From: Tubulanus polymorphus
Lineage: Eukaryota; Animalia; Nemertea
Reading direction: 5' to 3'
NCBI RefSeq assembly: GCF_964204645.1
Contig: NC_134029.1
Span: 22,996,950 to 23,060,949 of the forward strand
Length of the DNA: 64,000 nt
Below are positions 31,201-43,602 of the stretch, in pieces; positions within the stretch are counted from its first letter, which is position 1, and each line of letters begins with the position of its first letter. The notes under the pieces are model-generated. The model was not told the DNA's origin and searched no databases. It was given only the letters and a program-made list of their open reading frames with translations. The translations under genes and the position numbers were made by a program.

Positions 31201-32895
31201 TAAATGTTAATTAGCCGACTTGTCCTACATAATTGAAAGGACATCCTTAAGGCTTTACTGGGAAATACCATGGAAGAATATTGGCGAAAGATCGGCGATA
31301 GCCATACGTCAAAATAACTGATTTATTCCTGAATATTGAAATTAATTGCATATGTATTTTGTTTTTTCGGTCAGCAGGAAAATAACGGCAAGGTTCCACC
31401 ATCGTTGAAACAGATCCTACAAATGGCTGGCGAAATAGCTGACGGGATGGGCTACCTGGCTACTCAGAAGTTTGTACACAGAGATCTGGCTGCTAGAAAT
31501 TGTATGGTGGCTGATGATTTAACCTGTAAAATTGGAGGTAGAAAAAAAAACTACACATTCATATAAGAAATAAAACTTAGAATTATGAATAATTGATTGA
31601 TGATTTCGTTCGTTTTAATTTCAGATTTTGGAATGACTCGAGATATTTATGAGACAGATTACTATAAGAAAGCTGGAAAAGGTCCGCTACCTGTCAGATG
31701 GATGTCTCCAGAATCGTTAAGAGATGGTGTTTTCTCCAGTCAATCCGACGTGTGGTAAGAAACTCACGATGATATTACGTACAGAAGAACCCGCTTAATT
31801 TGATGCTCGAGAAATCCGATTTAAACATATTTTATGTATAAGTGTAAATGATATCGGGATGAGATCAAAATCCAGATTAAACTGATCCGAATTAAGCGAG
31901 TTTTCGCCGTATATTTGAATTTGTAAATATTTTTGCCGTTTTTCATTCGTGCTAAAACCTTTCCACGCAGGTCGTACGGCGTAGTTTTATGGGAAATGGC
32001 GACGCTTGCTGCGCAGCCTTATCAAGGTTTAACTAACGAACAGGTTCTGAAATACGTTATTGATGGTAATCTAATGAAGAAACCAGAAGGTTGCCCCGAT
32101 AAACTGTAAGTTTTACAACACTAGTGATTCAGCGGATCTTATGTGACTAGGTAAAGAATTCCGTAAAACAAGCGCAGAGCAATTTCATCATCGTCGGTTA
32201 TTTTCATCCATTTCAGATTTAGTTTAATGACATTATGTTGGCAAATACGGCCGAAACAGCGGCCGACTTTCGACGAAATAGTGGAATATCTCATACCAGA
32301 TCTGAATGAAACGTTCGTAAAACGTTCGCATTTCTTCAGCGACGACAACGTGCGCGAAGAAGACAACGGCGACGCGACGGAACAACGCGACGATGGCGAT
32401 AAATACGGGGATTACGTGGATGATTTGGACGCGACGGCAGCGGTCGAGACGACGCCGCTGCAATCCCCGACGCACGTCGGTAGTCAGGTCGTACTACGCG
32501 ATAAAAACAATCGTCGCAAATCGATTCCCGTCGATCATGTGATACTACGCGATACGAAGGACTGTAGCAGTATTCTGATCGTCGACGAACAGCAGCAGAC
32601 GCCGCGCGGAGACGACGCGGAACCGTCGCCAAAAAACCGTCGCGACTGCGTTCACTTAGAACCGGACGAGAACTGCGAATGTGCCGTTAACCCCGGGTCG
32701 CCTGCATCGGCCGCGACGGCGCGACCTCACAAGTCGAGTTCGAACTCTCATCTACACGCGACCGCGATGAATTCTAACCATGGCAACGGATTATCCAGCG
32801 ATGACAGTAAAGGTAGCACGAAAAGTAGTCATTCGTATCTCAACGGAGGAGTCATGAACGGACATATGAAAATGCCAAAATCGACAAAATGCTAG
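14495..32895 (+). CDS. INSR: Insulin/IGF-like peptide receptor tyrosine kinase
   Basis: Exons 14495-14612 (signal peptide [21 protein letters not shown]), 14886-14924, 15391-15936 (L1), 18087-18265, 18685-18853 (CR), 18968-19066, 19186-19333, 21703-21914 (L2), [22942-23065 OR 23484-23610], 24567-24620, 24803-24978, 25681-25851, 26279-26706 (furin site KRRHRR), 26787-26874, 27558-27706, 28131-28299, 28879-28990 (TM), 29080-29150 (NPEY), 29698-29905 ([12 protein letters not shown]), 30963-31095, 31375/31378-31537 (HRDLAARN), 31625-31754 ([14 protein letters not shown]), 31971-32105, 32217-32895. Confidence 0.97.
14627..14718. mobile_element. Palindromic MITE (short copy of the 15211/21458 family)
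   Basis: Shares ggttttataga..taataccagtccataaaacc with the other copies. Confidence 0.55.
15211..15328. mobile_element. Palindromic MITE ~118 bp
   Basis: Near-perfect hairpin caggggccagttttatagaatagcattag..taataccagttcataaaaccgacccca; sister copy at 21458-21572. Confidence 0.75.
17725..17952. mobile_element. MITE with 16-bp perfect TIRs and ctaacc subterminal repeats
   Basis: caggggcgggcgcagg ... cctgcgcccgcccctg. Confidence 0.8.
20973..20984 (+). CDS. Candidate 12-nt in-frame microexon of the insulin receptor (adds 4 aa in L2)
   Basis: ttgactctctcgttcgttgcag|AAAATTCAATAA|gtgagt inside a phase-2 intron; reads A AAA TTC AAT AA without a stop. Confidence 0.55.
   Translation, partial: KIQ
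21458..21572. mobile_element. Palindromic MITE (same family as 15211-15328)
   Basis: ctgggctctgttttatggactagcatt..aataccagtctacaaaaccgggcccag. Confidence 0.75.
21986..22423. mobile_element. piggyBac-like non-autonomous element (TTAA TSD) with an internal ~170-bp duplication
   Basis: ttaa-CCCTTTCAGTGC ... GCACTGAAAGGG-ttaa; 21961-22128 is duplicated at 22129-22290. Confidence 0.8.
22942..23065 (+). CDS. Insulin receptor FnIII-1 mutually exclusive exon A (124 nt)
   Basis: ttgcag|GC GAT TTA..GAA GC|gtaagt; (C)[41 protein letters not shown]; phase 1 to phase 2. Confidence 0.88.
23484..23610 (+). CDS. Insulin receptor FnIII-1 mutually exclusive exon B (127 nt)
   Basis: ttacag|GC GAT ATG..GAG GC|gtaagt; (C)[42 protein letters not shown]; phase 1 to phase 2. 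Confidence 0.92.
25153..25234. repeat. (TA)n microsatellite
   Basis: Direct reading. Confidence 0.98.
26896..27237. mobile_element. MITE with ~95-bp TIRs containing a tRNA box-B-like motif
   Basis: catcctcc..cagggattcgaacctgatggcat..ccacggcacgaaaccctgc..catgcgcag inverted at ctgcgcatg..gcagggtttcgtgccgtgg..atgccatcaggttcgagtccctg..ggaggatg; TA-rich flanks; degenerate second copy at ~33485-33680. Confidence 0.8.
29209..29288. repeat. Tandem duplication of ~42 bp
   Basis: gtggtagtagttattccaaaataacgtaaacttcattt occurs twice. Confidence 0.9.
30170..30460. repeat. Degenerate ~55-60-bp tandem repeat
   Basis: Recurring ggattg..ccccactgactagctgattaaactttacc units. Confidence 0.7.
30497..30856. repeat. 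24-bp minisatellite (ggttatagaggtcctgtactgata), ~15 copies
   Basis: Direct reading; gives the spurious [11 protein letters not shown]. Confidence 0.97.
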
Positions 32896-32942
32896 CATCA
32901 AATGTAAAAAATCATGATATTATTTTTTGTTTTACTGACAGG

Positions 32943-33291
32943 CAGGGTTCGTACTAGTCCTGAATATACGGGAGAGATTTTTTAGTTAAAAATTTTCGTA
33001 CATGTTTTTCACAGCTTGCAAAAGTTTTGAAATTATGAAAGAGTTATGGAATGATAGAAGTGTAGTGAAGTTAATTTTTTCTTCCGACTGAAGCTATGAA
33101 AAAGTTACGATATTTTAGAAGTGTCGTCTGAACAATTTTTTCTCGTGTTAACTGTTGGTCAAGATATTTTTTTTCGTAAGCTTTCAATTCTTCTGTAATG
33201 AGTATAAGCACATTTCGTAGCTATGAAAATTAGGATATTTCGCAATGAAATAGGTGTTGAAAATTGAAAACTGTGTATAGTACGAACCCTG
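32943..33291. mobile_element. Non-autonomous DNA element in the insulin receptor 3' UTR
   Basis: 14-bp perfect TIRs cagggttcgtacta ... tagtacgaaccctg. Confidence 0.75.
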
Positions 33292-36200
33292 ATATCATCA
33301 TCATTGTTATTGCTGTTGTATGTTCACTTGTGCGTGAATTATTGTTCTAAATGAATTGAATTTGACAAACGCGGATGTGTTTACACCGGCTCTCATTTTG
33401 TCGATACCAGACTCGATCAACTGAAATATTTAAACAATGTGTTGAAAACCGCTAAAACACAACCGAACCTAAAGAACCATCTTTCCTGGCAGGGATTTGA
33501 ATCGGAGGAATATGAAACCCTGCCACACTAGACTTAGTGCGCGGCCAATTATTAGCCTATCAGATATCCCATTTTATTTTGGCCCGGGTTTTCCCATTTA
33601 TAGTTGTTCCGTGAAATTTGCCTAAGCAATTATACAACGAGCAATTAGCTTGGTAATGCAAGTTTTCGTGCGGCAAACTCTCTCAACCAGTAAGAAATAT
33701 ACACTTGCGTATCTAAAATAAATAAGCATTCTACTGCCCATATTTAAAAGGCAGGCGTCAGTTTGTATCAGTGTCCTAAGTATATTCATGTACAAATGTA
33801 GTTTGTTGTAGTTTACTTCACTTGCTTTATTTTGACTTAACGGTAAAATTTCAAACCCATTGCGTTGGAAATTTTTTGACAAGTCACTGATGAAAGTATT
33901 CATCAAATTTTCGGCTTTGTTTGCAGTTTTTCTACCATTTTAGAATGAAGAAAGAAATTTTTCTGAATTTCAGATTTTTGATGTGGATGCCCGGGGTCGG
34001 GCAGGGTGGGATCATGTGCCCACAAATTACCGGTGACTCAATAATATGGACACACTTGTTGGTTTTCTATTACATCTCTGTAGTAAATATTTGCTTGTTC
34101 ATTCAGTGTAAACTACCTAAATTTTGTGGTAGATTTTATAATTCTCAATGTGTATGAACTCGTATAGAACATAATAATTTATTAGTTAAGAATGTTCCTC
34201 GGTACAGTAATGTATCCCCCTACACACAGCTGGCCTCATTGAGGTTTTCTACGTGGAGAGAATTACCGGTATATAGATGTGTAACGTACATCGCGATCAT
34301 ACCCATATTTTTTAATCGTTGATAGTTCGAACCTTCGAATCAAAACCGATGATTTCATTTGCTGCGAAAAAAAAACCATGCTCGAAAATCTTTGAAATGA
34401 TAATGTACAATTCTGTTTGTAAATCAAAACATTGTCGCGTGTGTTTGTCAAAAATCGAAATGAAATGAATGATATTGTATTTAGTTAGATGAATGAAATT
34501 GTGTTCATCCAGTTTCCATTTCATATGATTGTGTAAATGAAAAAGAATTCAAACTTATGATACACGAATTCAAGTATACAAAAAAAATAGTCATTATTAT
34601 TTATAACTATTGAATGCGAACCATATCATGGAAATGTTTTATGTTTTTTTTTTATACCTGTATAATAGAATGAAGAGAACTTGGAAGAGTTATTGAATGT
34701 TTTTTTAACCGATTTGTGTACAGAATTAACAGTAGGTTAGAGATCGAGTTCTTTTCTGTTCGCGAGGAAAAGGTACTCGGTAAAATTGTGCTTTTCATGA
34801 GATGAAACATGATTTTGATCTAGGTTTTAAGCGTATAAAATTTGGTATATTGTATGATGATGATGATGTGAAACATTTTTACCGTGAAGTTTTATGCATT
34901 AGAAATCTACTGTTTTAGTGCTGAATTTTGGCCGATGGACGGTTCTTTTGTCTCGATGTGATGAAAAAAGGGTCGCTATTTTACTTCAGTCATTTTATCT
35001 ACGGAACTTTCCGAGAGGTATTTAGGAGGACGACGGTACGTGTACGTACCCGTCGTCCTATTGTTATCGTGAAATCCGTCACGTCAAAACCATTACGTGC
35101 GTTTAATGCCACATACACATCTGAAAATTTCACAGTCGCTTAAATATGAAACATAGAAGGTTGAGTTTGTATATGGTGGATTTTTGTTATTTACAGTTAT
35201 TTTGTCGTTTATTGCCAGAAAGTGTGGTATTTTCTTGTGCGTGTGTCAGCGGGATAATTGAATGTTTAACCATTAGTTGTTTTGTATCATTCACTCATTC
35301 CCATAATCAAACTTTCGAAGATATCATTCAAGAATTCTGATGAGCCTGCTGGTAAATATTCATTCTGTTCCACTTGGTCGATCGTTAGACTAGATTCAGG
35401 CCCTAAGGGAACAGCTAGCAAGTGGCCTTTGGTTCAGTCTGTGAACAGCTTCAAAACAACCGTGTTAACACATGGATGTGATGTACCCCATGGACTGCGT
35501 GGTCTATGTCATGGGTTCTTGGCGATTGTGCCGAGAGCAGACTGTATCCGGTGGTCATGTTAAGTATAACTTGATAGTATATGTATTGAACATGCATCGT
35601 GGCTAAAATGATACCTTCGTTTCCCAACCCCTCTAATTGTATCTAAGGCAATATCAATCTATGCCGACGACGATTTTGTTGATCGAGCTTACATATTTTG
35701 AACCTCAGGACCTTAGTTTTCAAACTTGCAGGGATGCCAACTGCTCCGTTTTTTCTTAAATCTCTGTAGGCTTATACTTTAAACTTGCATTGTATGTTGA
35801 CTATAATCTCAACTCTTTGTCTAACAGTGTAACTTCGTTTGGACCTGACTTGCAAACATGTTTTAAAAGCACTACAGGTGTAAGCCTTTTCCAACCAAAT
35901 TAACTCGTAAAAGTATCTTTCTAGTTAAAAGTTTAGAAATAATTAATACTGCTGGTGACACCGACGATTGTGGGGATAAATCTTATGGGTTTGATTCGAA
36001 TAGATGAAGCAGAAATTGGAAAATAAAATGCACTTAATTCAATACAATCAATCCTTGATAAAACTACCCATACAAATGCCTGATGTGCTTTTCATTAATG
36101 ACTTGAAAATAGTGTGCAATAGTGCTAGTATGTGAAAATGATTGTGTGCTATTTATTGATTTCTCGCGACAGAATATTTATATTTCTATCAGAACGACCT

Positions 36201-37172
36201 GTACTTACCAATGATGAAGATTTATTTACTGATGATCAAGATATACACGTAAGATAGCGTCATAACTGTTTTAACTGTAATCATGGTGTTATTCTGCTGT
36301 ATGCATGTCATCCCTGTCAGTGTATAGTATAATATACCTCTCCGTATTATATATATATATATATATATATATAACTGGGAAAATCTCCATCCCATATTTT
36401 TTCCATCTGAGTTCGAGCTTTTGTAGCGTAATTTTTTTAGACATTTCAAAAGCAGACTCCACTTATAGCGGTAGCGCCAGCTCCGGGTAAATTTTTGGGG
36501 TTTCGGATTTTTTTCACTTTGAAAAGCGGATGGGACCGAAAGAACTTTTTATAGTTCTACCGGTTTTAATTGATTACCGAATGGACCGCAGCAAGCCGAG
36601 TCTGCTGTAAGTGATGAAATTTATCGACGAAAACAACTTCAAACCAAATATATTGAAAACGCTTTTCGCACGTCGCAGGACTTTTAATGAAGCATCTTCA
36701 GTGTTATAACTAAAACCTGACATGAAAACCCAATTTTGCAGTTGAGAATTTTTATTTTGTATATAATTGTATTTATTAAATGCTGTACAGTAATGTGTCA
36801 TGGATCCTGTAAACCATGTTAAAAATATACAATAAAATGAGTTGTTTTAAGTAATATTGTTGGCCGTTTCTCTTTCCTTAGCTTTTCAATGATCTATGTG
36901 TACCAGGAATCAGCTGACACCATACAGATTACATCCTCTTGAAGTCCACCGCTTTCGTATAGGACCCGAGCACATTGTGCTCATCATTTTGATCATTGAT
37001 AGAACGCTATATTCGTGTTATGATAAAGAGTATACAACAATAATGACGAAAAAAGAATATCAAGTCCGAGATATAGATTATTTGGCCGGATGAAACGGCT
37101 ACATGGAAAAGTGAAATCAAGTAATCTTGTATGCAGTGCTTTTATTTTCACAAAATAGTACATATGAATGTA

Positions 37173-40100
37173 TTATGCACGCAAGCTTGTAGGGCTAAAT
37201 GCAACACTTTTTGGACTTGTGGATTGAGACATTGAACCGCCACGTTTCCCCATACGCTTGTATCGTTGTTCAATCCAAACTTTAGGCAGGTAATGTTGCG
37301 GCGGTGCTATTAGAACCAGACGACTGTCAACGCTGTTAGTGTTTTGAGCGCAGGAAATGAGTAAGACTATCGTCGATATGGAGATAGCTATCAGCCAGGC
37401 AATTAGTCCGATGAATACTTGTGGATTTACAAAGAGATTTTCACCTGCAAAGGTAGTATACAATAGCATCAAAGCAAGAATTTATCGAGGAACTTCGCAG
37501 TTAATCAAAACCGTTGAATTCTTGGATACCTTTTAACTTTCCACGGTTAGGTTTTTGAACCAACGTATTGTAGCATTCATAACTCCCTTGAGTATTCATA
37601 CAGATCTGATTTTTTGCGCACGGAGATTTTTCATTCTGGCATTCGTCGATATCTGGAACAGTAAACATACATTTAGAATGCATACATACACCTGGGTCCA
37701 GTTCCACAGTTCTAAGTTAAAATTTGACCCTGAGTTAACTCATTGAAAATGAACTAATTTTAACTCAGAGTTAACTCTAACTCACAACTGTGGAACTGGA
37801 CCCTGTGCTTTATATTCTAGTACAACTTATTGGATAAAATGTAAAATCGTACCATTACAAGAGACGCGATTGCTGGACATTCGGAAACCTTTACTACACC
37901 GACACGCGTAATCTGTCCCATACACTAAATCATCTTTGGGTCCATCATCAAGCTTATTCGGGTACAAATGACACAGTTCTTGACAACCACCATTCGTTAT
38001 TAGACAACCATTAATTTCTGTAGTTGAAATACGTTCCGATATTGATTAACAAAAATAAAATCGCCTGTGAAGATCAGAATTAACTTAATTAATCTTATGA
38101 CACGCACCAATACAAGTTTTACTGTCTATACCGAGTTTAAATCCTGGACGACAAGAACAAATAACATCAGCAAAACGTTCTGTGCAGATATCATCACATC
38201 CACCATTACTCAACCTGCATATTCTACCTGCATTTAAAAACATTGAATAGTTGTGGATCAAACACTATCGATACGCGATGACGGGACAGGAAAAACTCAC
38301 TGGCAATAGCTCCGACTGGCCCTTTTTCTCCTTTGGTTCCAATCAAACCAGGCGGTCCCGGGTCACCTACCGGACCCTTCTTACCAGGTAAGCCAACTTT
38401 ACCTTTAAGTCCAGGAATACCTGAAACAAGACATTATGACAAGTATAAGAACATTCGCGGAGACTTTCAACTACCCAGGCATTCATTACAGCATCGAATG
38501 AGTTACCTTGTGGCCCTGGAATTCCACGACGTCCATTTACTTTGGAAGGAATGCCTTTTTTGCCTCTTAGACCTACATCACCTGGAGGACCTGGTGGACC
38601 AGGTTTAGCAATGCGACCTGTAGGTCCAGGAATCCCCAAAATGCCTCGACTACCATCAGCTCCTTTAAGGCCCTTTTCCCCCTGGTCTCCTTGCTCTCCT
38701 TTATCCCCAAAAGGTCCCTGAAATATAAAGATTATAAAAGTAATCTTTGACAAATATGAAAAGTACCAGAACATGAATTTGCATGTGATAGATACCATTT
38801 TTCCCGGGTATCCAGGATATCCACGTGGCCCTCTTGCACCAATCAATCCCATTTTTCCAGGTAGACCAACTGGACCTCTGTCTCCAGTAGGTCCTGGTGG
38901 CCCTGGATGACCATCCGGGGGTGCGGGAGCACGTTTGTATACTTTAGCTGAAAGAATAAACAAAAGGTAAGTGAACAATCAATAATCATAGACAATTCAG
39001 AAAAAATACTTACTTATCTCAACGTTTAAAGCATAAATTCTATCAACAGTTTTAGTCGAAGCAGATGAAAACTGCCCCACGCCGACTAATTTTGGCTGAT
39101 AAAGTACGAGCACTTGACTTCCTTCAGTTGGATTTTGTGTAAGATTAAAAGTCATCGGGGATTTTCCGTCGGTCGAAAATCCTAATGTGTCACCAATCAT
39201 AACGGTTACTGGACTGGGTGGGTAAACCTATGAAAGAGTGAGCACGAAAACTATCAATTTCACTGGGACTCAACAATTTATGCAACATTCACGCTCGATT
39301 ACCTGATGCGTTTTTGGAACTTTATTTGCTCTGATGCCGAATGAATAAACCAATTCCCAGATATCGTTTAGAACCGGTCGCCATAATTGTAAATATACGG
39401 CCTTATTTGTAGCGAGATAAACGCTGAATCGATAAATGAATCCATTAATTGGACTAATCTTCTTCATTAAGACGTAACCACTCACATCGGCCGGTAGTTC
39501 AAACATTCCAAAGTTTGCCGGGTTACCGATTGGCTTTGCTGTAAATAAAGACACTGATCTTCATTTGATAGAAGTAAAAGATCGGAGATTGTGCTCATGG
39601 AAAACATATACATCTACATACATGTATGTTCTTCACCAATGATCAGTTCACCACCAGCTGTAAGGAAAAGTAAGGTAAGCAAAAGAGAAACTTCGCACAA
39701 AGACATAGATTGAAAACAAACTTACAGAGGCTGATGACGCTCTTGGGTTTTATTGTAGAGGTCGGTAAAACTGAAGATGTGGTGAGAATAGAAGTTGTTG
39801 TACTCAGATGATGACCTGATAAGATATGATAAACATTTAACAATACTAATAACCGTTGATAAAACACTGTAGAGTCAACAATGATATCAGAACACTAATG
39901 AAAAATAGAATCCAAAATTTTCCTTAAACTGCAGTTTATTCGACTAATCCTAATATTCCTGAAGATAACTTTTAGTTGAAACATTGTAACCAAAACTACT
40001 AACTAGCTCAATGAAACATTTTGAACTTTATTCTTCATTTCAAGTGTGGGATTCTATATAGTGCTGTTATGATTCATAGTTAACATCAGCCAGATCAATT

Positions 40101-43100
40101 ACATTCACTTACAATACTGAGTGCTGTTTGTGGTGCTGACTGTTATCGCAAATTCCAATGGAGATATCATATTTGCGACGGTCACCGTGTCATCGACGTT
40201 TGGTAAAGAATTCAATGATGGAAATTTTGCAATCGACACAGCCTTGTTTACGCTAGCTAACTGACTGAGTGGAGCCCACGGAATTGTCGCCATTCCGAGA
40301 GTTGTGAAACCTAGTCGATCACCATCTTCAATCTGTATTACTTGACCGGTATTAATGAAAATCTACAAAACGCGTAACAGAAATTGCAAATAAAACACGA
40401 AGATCGTGAATGATTTTCTATTTTCCGATATAAGCCTACTAACTCTATGAAAACCTTGTGAATCCGGTTTGTAATTCAGTTGACCGATGAGTTTGTAGCG
40501 ATTATCTCCGACCGGACGCCAGACCTGATAGCGAGTCATTATTTTAGCGTTCATTATATACGCAGAGAAATGGCAAAGTTCACCACTGGTTAAATTATAC
40601 CCTTGAATCACGTATGAATTATAGCCATTTAACATTTCCGCTATCGAGGGCATTAATTTAAATCCTGTTTCTATGACTGAAATATGAAAATTTCATACAT
40701 TATCATTTACATCCATATACCCCGGTACATGTATGACATTCTTTTTTGTACCTGGATTTTGCTCGCTTTCAAGAGGGCAAGGAACAGGAGTAGGAGCAAC
40801 AAAGTTCTCACCTAAAAATCAATCGATATTTATCCACTCAGGTTTGTTATCTTGTAAGTACGATCAAATAATAAGGCTTTGATGAACTGTACATTTGAAA
40901 GAATGAGAAGTCGGAGAACAAGAAATATTTGGAATAGAATTCAACGCAACTTACAGTGTTCAGGATGATTAGAGACACCAACTTTAATAGAATATCTATA
41001 GACAACTGTTGAAGAAATTGCTACAGTATCATTCACTTGTGGTAGTTGTTCAATTGATGCGAACTCTTTGTAGTATGAATTTTGATAGTCTACAGTGAAG
41101 GCAATTGTCCCGGTACCGACTGTCGCAAAACCTATTTGATCGTGATTATGCACATGAATAGGATATCTCCAGTCGACAATGTATGCCTAGAAATAAACAA
41201 AGAACTGATGACAAATAGATAGAGGTTCTGGCTTGTTAAAGTAAATTAGAAACTACCACTCACTTTGTGTTTTTGATCAGCCGATGGAGGCGTGAATTTC
41301 AATTCAGCCACGAGTTTTTTTGAGAATGTGAACTTTTGTAGATGGACGTCCCGCCATATTTGAAATCGTACGGGAGCGACTTTTGTAAAATATGCCTCGA
41401 AGTAACATATGTAGCTTTCGAGCAGATGAAACCCGTCAATGATGTGTACAAAATAACCATCTTTTGTCGCCAATCCAGGCACGATACTGTTACCAAATAC
41501 TGCTTCTATGAAAAGCGTATGAACAAAACAAGTTAATACCAAGAAAAAATGACACATCATTTCCTGCAGTATTGCACATTGATACATACTAATATGCTCT
41601 GCAGGTTTTGGATGAAAAGTTGGTGGAGCCACGGTCATACAGACTTTCTCAGTTGTTATTCTAGGAATTACTAAAAAAACAGCAGTTCATTCTTGAAGCG
41701 TCTCGAAGCAATAAATACACAGCTATCAGTCTTAAATATTCAAAGATATACCTGTTGGTATTACGCAGTTTGTTGGTACCGGAAAGTTTGGACCTGCAAA
41801 AAGAATGTTGACATTTTCTGGCTGCATAACAAAATAGAAATATCTAGTAACCGTTTGAACAATTTTCAAAAACTACTCACAAGAAACTGGATGAGAAGCT
41901 ACATCAACATTCAACGAAAACTTGTACACATTTACGAGAGAATCTATTTTCATTGTGGAGTTGACTTGCGGAGAGCTATCGTTAGCTTTCAGTTTTCGGA
42001 AAACAACAACAGAACCTTCGCTATAAAACTGGTAGGGAATAGCTCCCATATCATTGGATGTAAATCCGATCAAATCTCCAGCCAGAATTTCAGTTTGAGT
42101 TGAACTCCAGTCAGGCTCAATCTGAAATTGATGTCATTCGTCGATAATTCAATTGGTATCAATTAGATCTGCACGATTATTTTAGTAAATGCATAATCAA
42201 ATTTCTTTACCGTATGATTGCCAATTGTTGAAGCATTGAAACGAACTTCACTTATGAGTTTGAAAGTCGTCGTTGAAAGTTTCCTCCATATTTGAAACTT
42301 AGTAGTCGAAGGTCGCGTGAAATATGCGTTGAAATTGCACACATAGCCTTTGGGTAGCGGAACTGATATCAAAATATACACGTAATGCCCATTCAGAGTT
42401 TTAGTACCTGATTCAGCTGGATATCCAAACTGTTCAACTAGAAGTAAAAAAAATCGATTCATCCTAAATTCCTACAACGACTTGCTTTGCAATTAATATA
42501 TATGTTCAGTAATACAAATACAAGGAAAAAGATATTCCTTACTTCGACTGTTACTGTAAGGTCCATATGTATCAGTTATGTGTAAACATTCAGGAGCCAT
42601 GGTAGTCGTAGTTTTCAAAGGAGTAGTTGTTGTTATAGTTGATTGAGTAGTAGTTAATGCTGTGGTAGTTGAAGTTGCCGTAGTAGTCTTAGTAGGAACA
42701 GTGGTTGGTAGTGTTGTAGATAAGGTAGTAGAAATAGTGCTTGACATAGTGTCTGAAATAAAAGAAATGAATGGAGTAAAGATGAAACAAATGATTTATT
42801 AACATTTCTAGAATGGGATCAATGGGTTCACTCGAAGTTGAGAATCAGGGAAATTCTATCCTTGATCAAAACACTTACTTGGAGTGGTACAAGTTGGTAT
42901 AGTATGATTATAACTGGGGCACAGTACTGGATGTGTTACGACAGTTGCTTGTAACGCGAACTTGTAAAGCGACGCAGTTGATGAAATAACAACATTCTCT
43001 CCTCGCATGAACACGTGAAGCGGTGAAAATGATCGAAAGAAAACGTTCGATTTGAAATCTACATTGAACGATATCGGACATTTGTTGTCACACGTAAATC

Positions 43101-43602
43101 CAAATTTTTCTGTGCCATCGAGAGGAATGGGGTCTGTCCAATCTACATCTGCCTGTAACATTGGAAAAATCAATGAAATTCACCTATAAAAGCTACATAT
43201 GTTACTTCGAGGCATATTTAACAAAAGTCGCTCCCGTGCGATTTCAAATATGGTGGGACGTCCATCTACAAAAAGTTCACACTCTCAAAAAAACTTGTGG
43301 CTGAATTGAAAATGTGAAATCATTAAGAATGAAATCAAACTGAATAAAACTAACCTGGGATTTTCCTGCTACGGATACATGTTTATGAATCTGTCCAACA
43401 ATTACCCAGTGAATGTGATCGACTAGTCCTTCTAATCTTTTAAACACTTGCAATGTTACATGACCCCGTCGACTACTTAACAGTTTGAAGTCGCACAAAT
43501 ATCCACGACTTAATGTGAAATCCTTGATGATATACGTCACTTTATGTTTGCCAGGAGTACTAAGTCGGACACCTGCAACCAATGGGTTCCCAGACACAGT
43601 CC
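37173..43602 (-). CDS. Uncharacterised single-pass membrane protein: 5x ~150-aa repeat domain, Thr-rich linkers, collagen, 3 EGF, TM (5' end unresolved)
   Basis: Minus exons 43602-43355, 43152-42879, 42752-42543, 42437-42211, 42121-41881, 41793-41752, 41670-41590, 41505-41264, 41186-40955, 40811-40752, 40676-40444, 40362-40113, 39814-39726, 39538-39303, 39227-39014, 38947-38796, 38717-38507, 38420-38301 (Gly-X-Y), 38227-38108, 38017-37853, 37652-37530 ([16 protein letters not shown]), 37444-37173 ([25 protein letters not shown]). All phases are compatible. Polyadenylation signal (tttatt) at 37141. Confidence 0.88.
37692..37805. mobile_element. Palindromic MITE
   Basis: ctgggtccagttccacagtt ... 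aactgtggaactggaccctg. Confidence 0.8.
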
